From an uncultured archaeon (GTDB lineage: Archaea; Iainarchaeota; Iainarchaeia; Iainarchaeales; DTGL01), in the NCBI GenBank assembly GCA_964551725.1, contig CAZKED010000020.1, positions 1 to 24,077 of the forward strand: a DNA stretch of 24,077 bases, read 5' to 3'. The position numbers and the translations under genes were made by a program. The number at the start of each line of letters is the position of its first letter. Positions within the stretch are counted from its first letter, which is position 1. Under the pieces are notes generated by a model that worked only from the letters and a program-made list of their open reading frames with translations, had not been told where the DNA came from and did no database searches. Positions 15,441 through 23,277 of this stretch are shown one piece after another.

Positions 15441-15445
15441 TTGAA

Positions 15446-16378
15446 ATGGGCAGGGGAACAGGATACGGTAAAACAATTGTTTTCGGCGAGCACTTCGTTG
15501 TTTACGGGCTGCCGGCAATTGCCTCCGCCATTACCGGCAGCACTGTTGCAGTGGCAAGACGTGTTTCAGGGCATTCCTATAGCATCGAGGACAAAAGGCC
15601 AGAAACGCCGGGCTACAAGGAGAAAAAAAAAGAACAGCAGCTGGATTCAATTAAAAGAATTTTTGAATTCCTCGGCTTTGACCCTAAAGAGAACGCAGTG
15701 GAAATTTTGCTGGAAGGCAACCTTGTCGCGGCAAGCGGCGTGGGAGCCAGTGCAGCGAGCTGCGCTGCAATTGCGCGCGCGCTGAACGAGGAATTCTCCC
15801 TCGGACTGGAAGACGAGGAAATAAACAAGGCAGCATACGAGGGAGAAAAGGGATACCACGGAACGCCGAGCGGGATAGACAACACTGCAGCGGTCTACGG
15901 CGGGCTCATATGGTTCAAGAAGGGACTGCCGGGAAAAGAGAACACAATACAGAGAGTGAAGATTGAACCGGTGGAAATTGTGTTAGGGAACACGGGAATC
16001 ACGAGCAATACAAGTGAAGTGGTGGCAGACGTGCGGAAGAAGAAAGAAGCCAATGAAAGGGAATTCGACAAAATTTTCAGGGATTACGGAAAAATTGCTG
16101 AAAGCGCTCTCGGCGCTTTCAGGGAGAACGATGTTGAAAGCGTGGGAAAACTAATGAACGAAAACCACTCCCTGTTACAGAAAATAGGCGTTTCATGCAA
16201 AGAACTGGAAGAGCTTGTGGAGACAGCAAGGGAACAGGGAGCGGTTGGAGCGAAGTTGACAGGCACCGGGCGCGGCGGGTTGATGATTGCATTGACGCCT
16301 GGAAAGGAATTGCAGGAAAAGGTCGCGGAAGCGATTGAGGCAACGGGAAAAACCGCGTTCAGGACAAAAATCGGGTGA
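15446..16378 (+). CDS. mvk: Mevalonate kinase (GHMP family)
   Basis: GKTIVFGEHFVVYG, glycine loop ASGVGASAA, HGTPSGIDN, LMNENH, GAKLTGTGRGG. 310 aa; operon context. Confidence 0.93.
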   Translation: MGRGTGYGKTIVFGEHFVVYGLPAIASAITGSTVAVARRVSGHSYSIEDKRPETPGYKEKKKEQQLDSIKRIFEFLGFDPKENAVEILLEGNLVAASGVGASAASCAAIARALNEEFSLGLEDEEINKAAYEGEKGYHGTPSGIDNTAAVYGGLIWFKKGLPGKENTIQRVKIEPVEIVLGNTGITSNTSEVVADVRKKKEANEREFDKIFRDYGKIAESALGAFRENDVESVGKLMNENHSLLQKIGVSCKELEELVETAREQGAVGAKLTGTGRGGLMIALTPGKELQEKVAEAIEATGKTAFRTKIG

Positions 16379-16382
16379 AAAA

Positions 16383-16937
16383 ATGAGGATAATAATGGGA
16401 GTGTGCGGCGCAAGCGGCGTTAACTACTCTTTCCCCCTGCTCAGGGAACTGAAAAAGAAAAAAGTGGAAACCCATTTAATTGTAAGCGAGTGGGCGGAAG
16501 AGCTTGTCAGGATTGAAACAGGGAAAAAAATCTCAGACCTCAAAAAACTGGCCTCTTACTCCTACAGGGAAAAAGAAATGGACGCACACATTTCAAGCTC
16601 GAGCTTTTTGTGCGACGGCATGGTCGTGGTGCCGGCAAGTGTGAAAACTGTTGCGCAGATAGCCAATGCCGATACCGGCACTTTGATTAGCAGGTGCGCT
16701 GACATAATGCTCAGGACAGGGAAGAAACTCATTGTATGCGTTAGGGAAACCCCGTTGAGTGCGCCAGCGCTAAAAAACCTTTACAACATTTCACTTTACG
16801 GCGGCACTGTAATGCCGTTGAGCCCTGCGTTCTACCACATGCCCAAAAAGATTGAGGACTTGGAAAAATTTATTTCCGGAAAAATAATGGATTTGCTCGG
16901 AATAAAGAACAATGCTTACAAGAGGTGGAAAAAATGA
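16383..16937 (+). CDS. ubiX: Flavin prenyltransferase (prFMN synthase)
   Basis: GVCGASG, VVPASVKT, LISRCAD, VRETPL, PAFY, C-terminal KRW. 184 aa. GGTGA SD overlaps the mvk stop. Confidence 0.92.
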   Translation: MRIIMGVCGASGVNYSFPLLRELKKKKVETHLIVSEWAEELVRIETGKKISDLKKLASYSYREKEMDAHISSSSFLCDGMVVVPASVKTVAQIANADTGTLISRCADIMLRTGKKLIVCVRETPLSAPALKNLYNISLYGGTVMPLSPAFYHMPKKIEDLEKFISGKIMDLLGIKNNAYKRWKK

Positions 16938-18235
16938 ATCTTGCTGAATTTGCAAACTCGCTTGAAGAAAAGGGAAAACTCATAACAGTGAAAGAGCCCG
17001 TTTCTAAAAAATTCGAGTGCTCGGCGATAATGCACGAAATTGACGGAACAGCTGTGCTATTTGAAAAAGTGAAGGAATCAGCGTACAAAGTACTCGGCAA
17101 TCCCTTTTCATCCAAGGAATTAATCGCTGAATATCTGCGAATTCCGGCGGGGAATCTCGTGCCGAGAATGAGGAATGCTCTTGAAAAGCCAAGCGAGCCC
17201 GAGCTGGTGGAAAAAGCGGAATGCCAGGAAGTTCTGGAAAAAAGCGTTGACATGGACAAACTGCCCATTCTGCGTCACACCGAAATCGACGGAGGCAATT
17301 ACATTACCTCGGGCGTGTTCGTTGCCCGCGATGACGAGCACGGAATGAACGCTGCATTCCACCGCTGCATGCAACTGGACAGGGAAAGATTCAGCGTGCG
17401 CGTGCTTGAAAGGAACACAATGGAATTCCTTAAAAGGAATGACGGCGAACTAGGTGTGGCTGTGTGCGTTGGCTGCCCCCCCAATGTTCTCTTAGCTGGA
17501 GCGACAAGCCCCAAGCTGGGAGAATTCGAGTTCAATATCGCGAATTCAATCGAGCCCTTTGAAGTTGCAAAGGCAAAAAGCGCGGACGTCGTTGTTCCAT
17601 CGCAGTGCGAATTCGTTCTTGAAGGGACTCTATCAATGAACTCGCCGGAAAAAGAAGGACCCTTCTTGGACCTGACCGGAACATATGACTTCGTGAGGGA
17701 ACAGCCCGTGCTCACCGTAAAAAAAGTGACTCACAGAAAGGATGCGCTTTGGCATGCATTACTGCCCGGAGGCAACGAACACCGCGTCCTTATGGGAATG
17801 CCCCGCGAGCCAACCATATTCAGGGAAGTGAACAAAGTGACAAAATGCCTTGACGTCAACATTACTCCCGGCGGGTGCTCCTGGCTGCACGCCGTGGTGA
17901 AAATTGACAAAAAAAGCGATGAAGAGCCAAAAAAAGCCATTGAAGCTGCCTTCAGGGGACATTCCTCCCTAAAACACGCGTTTATTGTGGAAAAAGACAT
18001 CAATATTCTCGATCCCAATGACGTGGAATGGGCCATGTCCACGAGATTCCAGGCGGACAAGGACATGTACACCTATCCCGGGCAAAAAGGCTCCTCGCTG
18101 GACCCGAGCGCGGAACAGCCCGCAAGAAAAACATGCAAGGTTGGATTCGATTTGACTGTGCCGGTAGGCAGGGAGAAAAAGGATTTCGAGAGGGTGAAAT
18201 ACCCTAAAACAGGCTTGAAAAAAATCCGAGGGTGA
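16934..18235 (+). CDS. ubiD: UbiD-family decarboxylase, predicted trans-anhydromevalonate 5-phosphate decarboxylase
   Basis: DGGNYITSG, NAAFHR, EFVLEG, EGPFLDLTGTYD, LLPGGNEH..LMGMPREP, GCSWLH, VEWAMSTRFQ, GSSLDPS. ATGA overlap with ubiX. The specific function is assigned from context with AcnX, mvk and ipk. Confidence 0.88.
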   Translation: MNLAEFANSLEEKGKLITVKEPVSKKFECSAIMHEIDGTAVLFEKVKESAYKVLGNPFSSKELIAEYLRIPAGNLVPRMRNALEKPSEPELVEKAECQEVLEKSVDMDKLPILRHTEIDGGNYITSGVFVARDDEHGMNAAFHRCMQLDRERFSVRVLERNTMEFLKRNDGELGVAVCVGCPPNVLLAGATSPKLGEFEFNIANSIEPFEVAKAKSADVVVPSQCEFVLEGTLSMNSPEKEGPFLDLTGTYDFVREQPVLTVKKVTHRKDALWHALLPGGNEHRVLMGMPREPTIFREVNKVTKCLDVNITPGGCSWLHAVVKIDKKSDEEPKKAIEAAFRGHSSLKHAFIVEKDINILDPNDVEWAMSTRFQADKDMYTYPGQKGSSLDPSAEQPARKTCKVGFDLTVPVGREKKDFERVKYPKTGLKKIRG

Positions 18236-18239
18236 GGAA

Positions 18240-19412
18240 ATGGAGCTTACGGAAGAGGAAAGGGAAATGCTTTCAGGCAAGCTGGGAAACGCGGTGAAAG
18301 AGAGCATGGAAATTTTAAATGCGCTTGGGGAAATTTACGGTGCAAAGAGGATGATTGATGCAGCAAGCGTGCAGATTGCCGGTGTCTCATACCACAATCT
18401 CGGCGATGCGGGCTTGGAATACCTTGCGGAACTGGCGAAGGACGGCAGGGTCAAAGTGCTGACAACGCTCAATCCCGCGGGAATGGACCTGAAGGAGTGG
18501 GAGAAATTGGGCATTCCCGCGGATTTCGCGGAAAAGCAGATGAAAGTAATTGAAGCATTCAGAAAAATGGGCGTGACCGTAACTTGCACCTGCACTCCCT
18601 ATTTGGTAGGAAATTTGCCTCGCTACGGGCAGGACATTGCATGGAGCGAAAGCAGCGCTGTGTGCTATGCCAATTCTGTTATAGGCGCGAAAACCAACCG
18701 CGAAGGCGGACCAAGCTCGATTGCTTCCGCGCTAACCGGAAAAACGCCTGAGTACGGAATGCACCTGGAGGAAAACAGGCAGGCGCAGGTGCTCGTGAAA
18801 GTGAAGGCAAAAATTGATTCCGTGCCTAAATTCGGGGCGCTGGGAAAAGTGCTGGGAGAAAGAATAAAGAACAGAATTCCCTACATTGAAGGAATTGACT
18901 CTGCGAGCTTGGAGCAGTTGAAGAGCCTGTGCGCTTCAATTGCAACCTTCGGCGGCACGGCGCTGTTTCACCTTAAAGGAATCACCCCCAACAAGACAAA
19001 AGTGCCGGAGGAAACGATTGAGGTAAGCGAGGCAGAGATTCAAGAGGCAATAGAAAAACTGAGCGATGCCTCAGAGATAGATTTTGTTGGAGTGGGCTGC
19101 CCTCACGCCTCCCTGGAGGAATTGCGTGGTATAGCGGAATTGCTCAGGGGAAAAAAGGTCAGTAAGGATTTCTGGATCTGCACGGCAAGGAAGACAAAGG
19201 AACTGGCTGACAAAAAGGGATACGCCAAAACAATTGAAGAAAGCGGTGCAAAAATAGCATGCGATACATGCATGGCTGTCGCGCCCATAAAGGACAGGTA
19301 CAAGGGAATGGTCACAGATTCAGCGAAAGCGTGCTATTATGCCGCAGGGCACAACAATTTCAAAACGCGCATCCGCCCCATGGAGGAATGCGTTAGGGAG
19401 GCGCTGAAATGA
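18240..19412 (+). CDS. Phosphomevalonate dehydratase large subunit (aconitase X catalytic domain, DUF521)
   Basis: QIAGVSY, TTLNP, TCTPY, WSESSA..YANSVIGA.TNRE, GCPH, DTCM (Fe-S Cys ligands). 390 aa. Confidence 0.9.
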   Translation: MELTEEEREMLSGKLGNAVKESMEILNALGEIYGAKRMIDAASVQIAGVSYHNLGDAGLEYLAELAKDGRVKVLTTLNPAGMDLKEWEKLGIPADFAEKQMKVIEAFRKMGVTVTCTCTPYLVGNLPRYGQDIAWSESSAVCYANSVIGAKTNREGGPSSIASALTGKTPEYGMHLEENRQAQVLVKVKAKIDSVPKFGALGKVLGERIKNRIPYIEGIDSASLEQLKSLCASIATFGGTALFHLKGITPNKTKVPEETIEVSEAEIQEAIEKLSDASEIDFVGVGCPHASLEELRGIAELLRGKKVSKDFWICTARKTKELADKKGYAKTIEESGAKIACDTCMAVAPIKDRYKGMVTDSAKACYYAAGHNNFKTRIRPMEECVREALK

Positions 19413-19795
19413 TACTGCGGGGAAGAAAAATCAAGGGCGGAAAAGCGGAGGGCGAAGCCTTGGTGAGCAAAGAGCCGATTTCCTTTTACGGAGGCGTTGA
19501 CCCCAACACAGGCACTGTAGTGGAAAAGGGGCACTCGCTCGAGGGAAAAAGCGTTGCGGGAAAAATTTTGGTGTTCCCGCAGGGAAAGGGCAGTACTGTG
19601 GGAAGCTATGCGATTTACAGGCTGAAGAAATCCGGAAAGGCACCAAAAGCAATAATTAATAAGGAGTGCGAAACTATAGTTGCAGTCGGGGCGATAATTT
19701 CGGAAATTCCCTGCATTGACCACGTGAAAATTGAAAAAATAAAAAGCGGGGCAAAAATAAGAGTGGATACTGAAAAGGGGGTTGTTGAATTTTGA
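19409..19795 (+). CDS. Phosphomevalonate dehydratase small subunit (aconitase X swivel domain, DUF126)
   Basis: GEALVS..PISFYGGVDP.TG, H.LEG.S.AGKILVFP.GKGSTVGSY. ATGA overlap with the large subunit. 128 aa. Confidence 0.92.
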   Translation: MILRGRKIKGGKAEGEALVSKEPISFYGGVDPNTGTVVEKGHSLEGKSVAGKILVFPQGKGSTVGSYAIYRLKKSGKAPKAIINKECETIVAVGAIISEIPCIDHVKIEKIKSGAKIRVDTEKGVVEF

Positions 19796-20583
19796 GTCTT
19801 GTGTTGGTGAAGTTGGGGGGCTCGCTGCTGACCGACAAAAGGAAAAAGGAATCGTTGCACCGCGGAATACTGAAAAGGATTGCTGCTGAGATTCACTCCG
19901 CCCACACGAAGAGCGGATGCAAGCTAGTGGTTGGACACGGCGGTGGCAGTTACCCGCACTTTCCGGCAAAAAGATTCAAAGTGAAAGACGGGTTCAGCGA
20001 CAAGGAAAGTCTCAAGGGCTTTGCTTTAACCCAGGATGCCGCTTCAAGGCTGAACAGGATTGTGGTGAAAGAACTGCTCGGCGCGGGGGAGAACGCGGTT
20101 AGCATGCAGCCCTCGGCGTGCTTTGTGTGCGAGAACGACCGCATTGCTTTCTCTTTCCTGAGACCTGCGGCGGAAATGCTGAAGCACGGCATTCTTCCCG
20201 TTCCTTTTGGAGACGCAGTAATTGACATGGAGAAGGGTGCAACGATACTTTCCACCGAAAGCATTTTGAAGGAGATTGCACTGAAGCTTAACGCCCAAAG
20301 AATCATTGTTGCTGGGAACGTCGAGGGCGTGTTCACCGCTGACCCGACAAAAGACAAGAAAGCGGAAATGATTCGCGAGATAACAAAAGAAAATTATCCT
20401 ATTGTGCGGAATTTCCTGGCAGGATCGCACGGCGTTGATGTAACGGGGGGAATGCTCCACAAGGTCGGGGAAATGCTTAAGCTCACCGACTTCGGGATTT
20501 CCTCACAGATAATAAGCGGGGAGAAAAAAGGCAACCTCGAAAAGGCAATTCTGGGGGAAAGAACAGGCACCCTTATAAGGTAG
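19792..20583 (+). CDS. ipk: Isopentenyl phosphate kinase (amino acid kinase family)
   Basis: VKLGGSLLTDK, GHGGGSYPH (IPK signature His), PVPFGD, ILSTE, DVTGGM..K. TTG start in a TTGA overlap. 263 aa. Confidence 0.92.
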   Translation: MSLVLVKLGGSLLTDKRKKESLHRGILKRIAAEIHSAHTKSGCKLVVGHGGGSYPHFPAKRFKVKDGFSDKESLKGFALTQDAASRLNRIVVKELLGAGENAVSMQPSACFVCENDRIAFSFLRPAAEMLKHGILPVPFGDAVIDMEKGATILSTESILKEIALKLNAQRIIVAGNVEGVFTADPTKDKKAEMIREITKENYPIVRNFLAGSHGVDVTGGMLHKVGEMLKLTDFGISSQIISGEKKGNLEKAILGERTGTLIR

Positions 20584-20588
20584 TGCGA

Positions 20589-21344
20589 ATGGACAGGCTT
20601 GTTGCGTTCGATTTTGACGGCGTCCTTGTTGATGCAAGAGAGGAAATTGTGCACGCAGCAGTAAAAACGTTCAACGAGTTGTGCGAAGGCAGACTGGAAT
20701 ACGGAAAAGCGTTTTCAGGATTCACAAATGCAAGGCATTTGATAAGGACTGGTCGGGATGTAATGCCCGTAATGCACTTCATTGCAATGGGCAGGGATTT
20801 GGAGGCAATGGAAAGAGGAGAAATCGCCGGACTCAAGGAAAAATGGGGTGAAAAAAAAGTTATTGAAATGGAAAAAGAGTACTTCAAGAGGAAAACCGCA
20901 CTGCGGGAAAACTCCAAAAAATGGATTTCGCTCATAAAGCCTTTTCCCCAAGCCCTTGAAGCGCTTGGGACAATGCTTCGGGAGGAAAAAACGGTTATTG
21001 CGAGCACGCGTGAAAAAAAAGCAATAGTGGCATACCTTAAATCGTGGGGGCTCGATTTTCCCGAAGGAAAAGTGTTCGATTGGAGCGTATCGCACGACAA
21101 GAGGGAGCAATTCAGGGAAATTTCACGCGTTGAGGGAATTTCCTTTGAGAACATGGTTTTTGCAGAGGACGTTTTGCTTAACGCCCTTGCGGTAAAGGAA
21201 CTCGGAGTGCGCGTACTGCTTTCCACATGGGGTTTTTCAAGCGAAGAACAGTGGAAAGAAGCAGAGGAGCAGGGAATTGTTCCCGTAAAGCAGGACGGAC
21301 TGCTCCCGGGAATAAGAAAAGCATTAAATTCGATTGAAGAATAA
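20589..21344 (+). CDS. HAD-superfamily phosphatase of unknown specificity
   Basis: Motif I AFDFDGVLVD, motif II IASTR, motif III Lys (HDKR), atypical motif IV FAEDVLLN, then LSTWGF. Start ATG 20589 (or GTG 20583 overlapping the ipk stop). 251 aa. Confidence 0.85.
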   Translation: MDRLVAFDFDGVLVDAREEIVHAAVKTFNELCEGRLEYGKAFSGFTNARHLIRTGRDVMPVMHFIAMGRDLEAMERGEIAGLKEKWGEKKVIEMEKEYFKRKTALRENSKKWISLIKPFPQALEALGTMLREEKTVIASTREKKAIVAYLKSWGLDFPEGKVFDWSVSHDKREQFREISRVEGISFENMVFAEDVLLNALAVKELGVRVLLSTWGFSSEEQWKEAEEQGIVPVKQDGLLPGIRKALNSIEE

Positions 21345-21361
21345 TATAAGCAGGGAAAAAA

Positions 21362-22354
21362 ATGAAAACAGGGAAAAGGAAACTCGAGCACCTTGAAATA
21401 TGCCTGAAAAAAAACGTGCAGTTCAGGCGCAAAACAACAGGGCTCGAATGGGTTGATTTGAACTACGAGTGCCTTCCGGAAATTTCACTCAAAGAAGTGA
21501 ACCTTTCAACCGATTTTTTGGGGAAAAAGTTTTCCGCCCCCCTAATGGTCAGCGCTTTGACCGGCGGAACAGCGCGGGCGAAAAAAATAAACCGGGACAT
21601 CGCCAGGGCATGCCAGTCTCTTGGAATCGGAATGGGGCTGGGCTCACAGAGGGCGATGCTTGAAAACCCGAAGCTTGCAGAAACCTACTGCGTGAGGGAT
21701 ATTGCACCTGGAATTCTTCTCGCTGGAAACATAGGAGTGGCGCAACTGAAGGAATACTCGGCAAAACAGATTGCAAAGGCAATGATGGAAGTGGAAGCCG
21801 ACGCCTTGTGCGTACACGTGAATGCAGCGCAGGAAGCAATGCAGTTTGAGGGGGACACTGACTTCCGGGGGGGAATTGCGGCAATAAACAAGATGAGCGG
21901 GTTGCTCAAAAAGCCGGTTATAGTAAAGGAAACAGGGCACGGAATAAGCGGCAGCATTGCAGAAAAGCTCGCGAAAACAGGTGTTGCGGCAATAGATGTG
22001 CAGGGCGCGGGGGGAACAAGCTGGATTGGAATTGATTCGCTGAGGGGAAAAAGTGAACTGGGCGAGGTGTTCTGGGATTTTGGCATTCCGACCGCGGTGA
22101 GCATAGTGGAATGCAGGAATGCGTTCAAGGGCAAAATAATTGGTTCCGGGGGAATTCGCACTGGAATAGATGTGGCAAAGGCATTGCTTCTCGGAGCAGA
22201 CCTGTGCGCCATTGGACTGCCTGTTCTTAGGGCGCAGCAGAATGGCGGAAGCCGCGGGGTGGAAAAATATTTGCGCAGAATAATAGAGGAAACCCGCACG
22301 GCATTCTACCTGGCAGGCGCAAAAAGCATTAAGGATTTGAAAAAGAAGGCCTGA
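21362..22354 (+). CDS. fni: Type 2 isopentenyl-diphosphate delta-isomerase (FMN-dependent)
   Basis: RKLEHL, SALTGG, GLGSQR, GNIG..Q, HVNAAQE, VKETGHG, GAGGTSW, GSGGIRTG. 330 aa. Confidence 0.95.
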   Translation: MKTGKRKLEHLEICLKKNVQFRRKTTGLEWVDLNYECLPEISLKEVNLSTDFLGKKFSAPLMVSALTGGTARAKKINRDIARACQSLGIGMGLGSQRAMLENPKLAETYCVRDIAPGILLAGNIGVAQLKEYSAKQIAKAMMEVEADALCVHVNAAQEAMQFEGDTDFRGGIAAINKMSGLLKKPVIVKETGHGISGSIAEKLAKTGVAAIDVQGAGGTSWIGIDSLRGKSELGEVFWDFGIPTAVSIVECRNAFKGKIIGSGGIRTGIDVAKALLLGADLCAIGLPVLRAQQNGGSRGVEKYLRRIIEETRTAFYLAGAKSIKDLKKKA

Positions 22355-22375
22355 CGCCCTGCACTTATACATAAC

Positions 22376-23215
22376 TCATTTATGCGCGGAGAGTTCTTTC
22401 GTTCTTTTGAATGTTCTGAATGGAACGCCCTGTGCTTCGAGCAGGGCGAGAATGCGCTCTTTTTCCTCGCCGAGACCCTTGCCCTGCACCAAAATCTCTT
22501 CTGCGGGTTCCGGCGAAGCATTTACCGCTTTTTCAATCATTTCCGCGCTGAGCATGGGCAGGGCGTGCTTTGGGCACATGTGCGAGAGCGCATAATCTGT
22601 TCCCAGCGCAACAGTGGTGAACTGTGTGCTGTAATGCGGACCGCCTATTCCGAATGCTGTTTTGCTTTTTGGGAATTCTGTGTGCTCAACAACTGTTTCG
22701 ACAACAGCGAGCGCTGCATCACTGCGCTTCCACTGCTTTTCAGTGGAGCCCAGTTCAATGAATACCGCCGGCTTTGAAAGAGACGGGCCGTGGTGGGTTA
22801 CTTCATAGCTTACCTCGAATTCTCCTAGGTTGCGTGCATCCTTCTGCTTCTGCAGCCCGCGGAGATACGATTTCATTAGCGCGGGCTGCGCCGGAACGAG
22901 TTCTGCGGGTTTTCCACCCAGTTCCGCCTTCCCCCAGTTCCCAATGGGGTGCACTGTAAGGGAGGGCTTTCCTGCCGAGGAAGAGTGCCTCGAAGCAAAA
23001 ACAAAGCACTCCGTTTCAATTCTGTCCACATAATCGCAATAAATCTGGAGATTCTTTACAAGGTAGAGCTCGAAACTTGCACCCTTGTGCCCCAGTGCGA
23101 ATATCGGGCTTCCATCAAATTTTTTGCCTGTTTCCGAGAAGCCGAATTCTTCCCGAAATTTTTCATACATATTCATTCCGGCAATATCCTGCCGTGAAAC
23201 AATTATGGCAATCAT
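22376..23215 (-). CDS. dtdA: D-aminoacyl-tRNA deacylase (archaeal DTD2)
   Basis: FASRHSS, SLTVHPIGN, YEVTHHGP, FIELGS, GIGGPHY, SHMCPK. 279 aa. TTTTTATT lies ~24-31 nt upstream. Confidence 0.93.
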   Translation of the reverse strand: MIAIIVSRQDIAGMNMYEKFREEFGFSETGKKFDGSPIFALGHKGASFELYLVKNLQIYCDYVDRIETECFVFASRHSSSAGKPSLTVHPIGNWGKAELGGKPAELVPAQPALMKSYLRGLQKQKDARNLGEFEVSYEVTHHGPSLSKPAVFIELGSTEKQWKRSDAALAVVETVVEHTEFPKSKTAFGIGGPHYSTQFTTVALGTDYALSHMCPKHALPMLSAEMIEKAVNASPEPAEEILVQGKGLGEEKERILALLEAQGVPFRTFKRTKELSAHK

Positions 23216-23277
23216 CCACTAATCAAGGGGGAGAAAGAATAAAAAATACAAAGGCGTTATTTGTATCGAGTGAAAAA

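Noticed and set aside
16383-18235. ubiX-ubiD as ubiquinone/menaquinone or aromatic-acid decarboxylase genes
   Set aside because: They are embedded between mvk, both AcnX subunits and ipk with overlapping codons, and no quinone genes are nearby. Together they fill the missing MVA-5-P to IP steps.
18240-19795. AcnX as cis-3-hydroxy-L-proline dehydratase or TCA aconitase
   Set aside because: The split large/small architecture and MVA operon context match phosphomevalonate dehydratase; there are no hydroxyproline catabolism genes.
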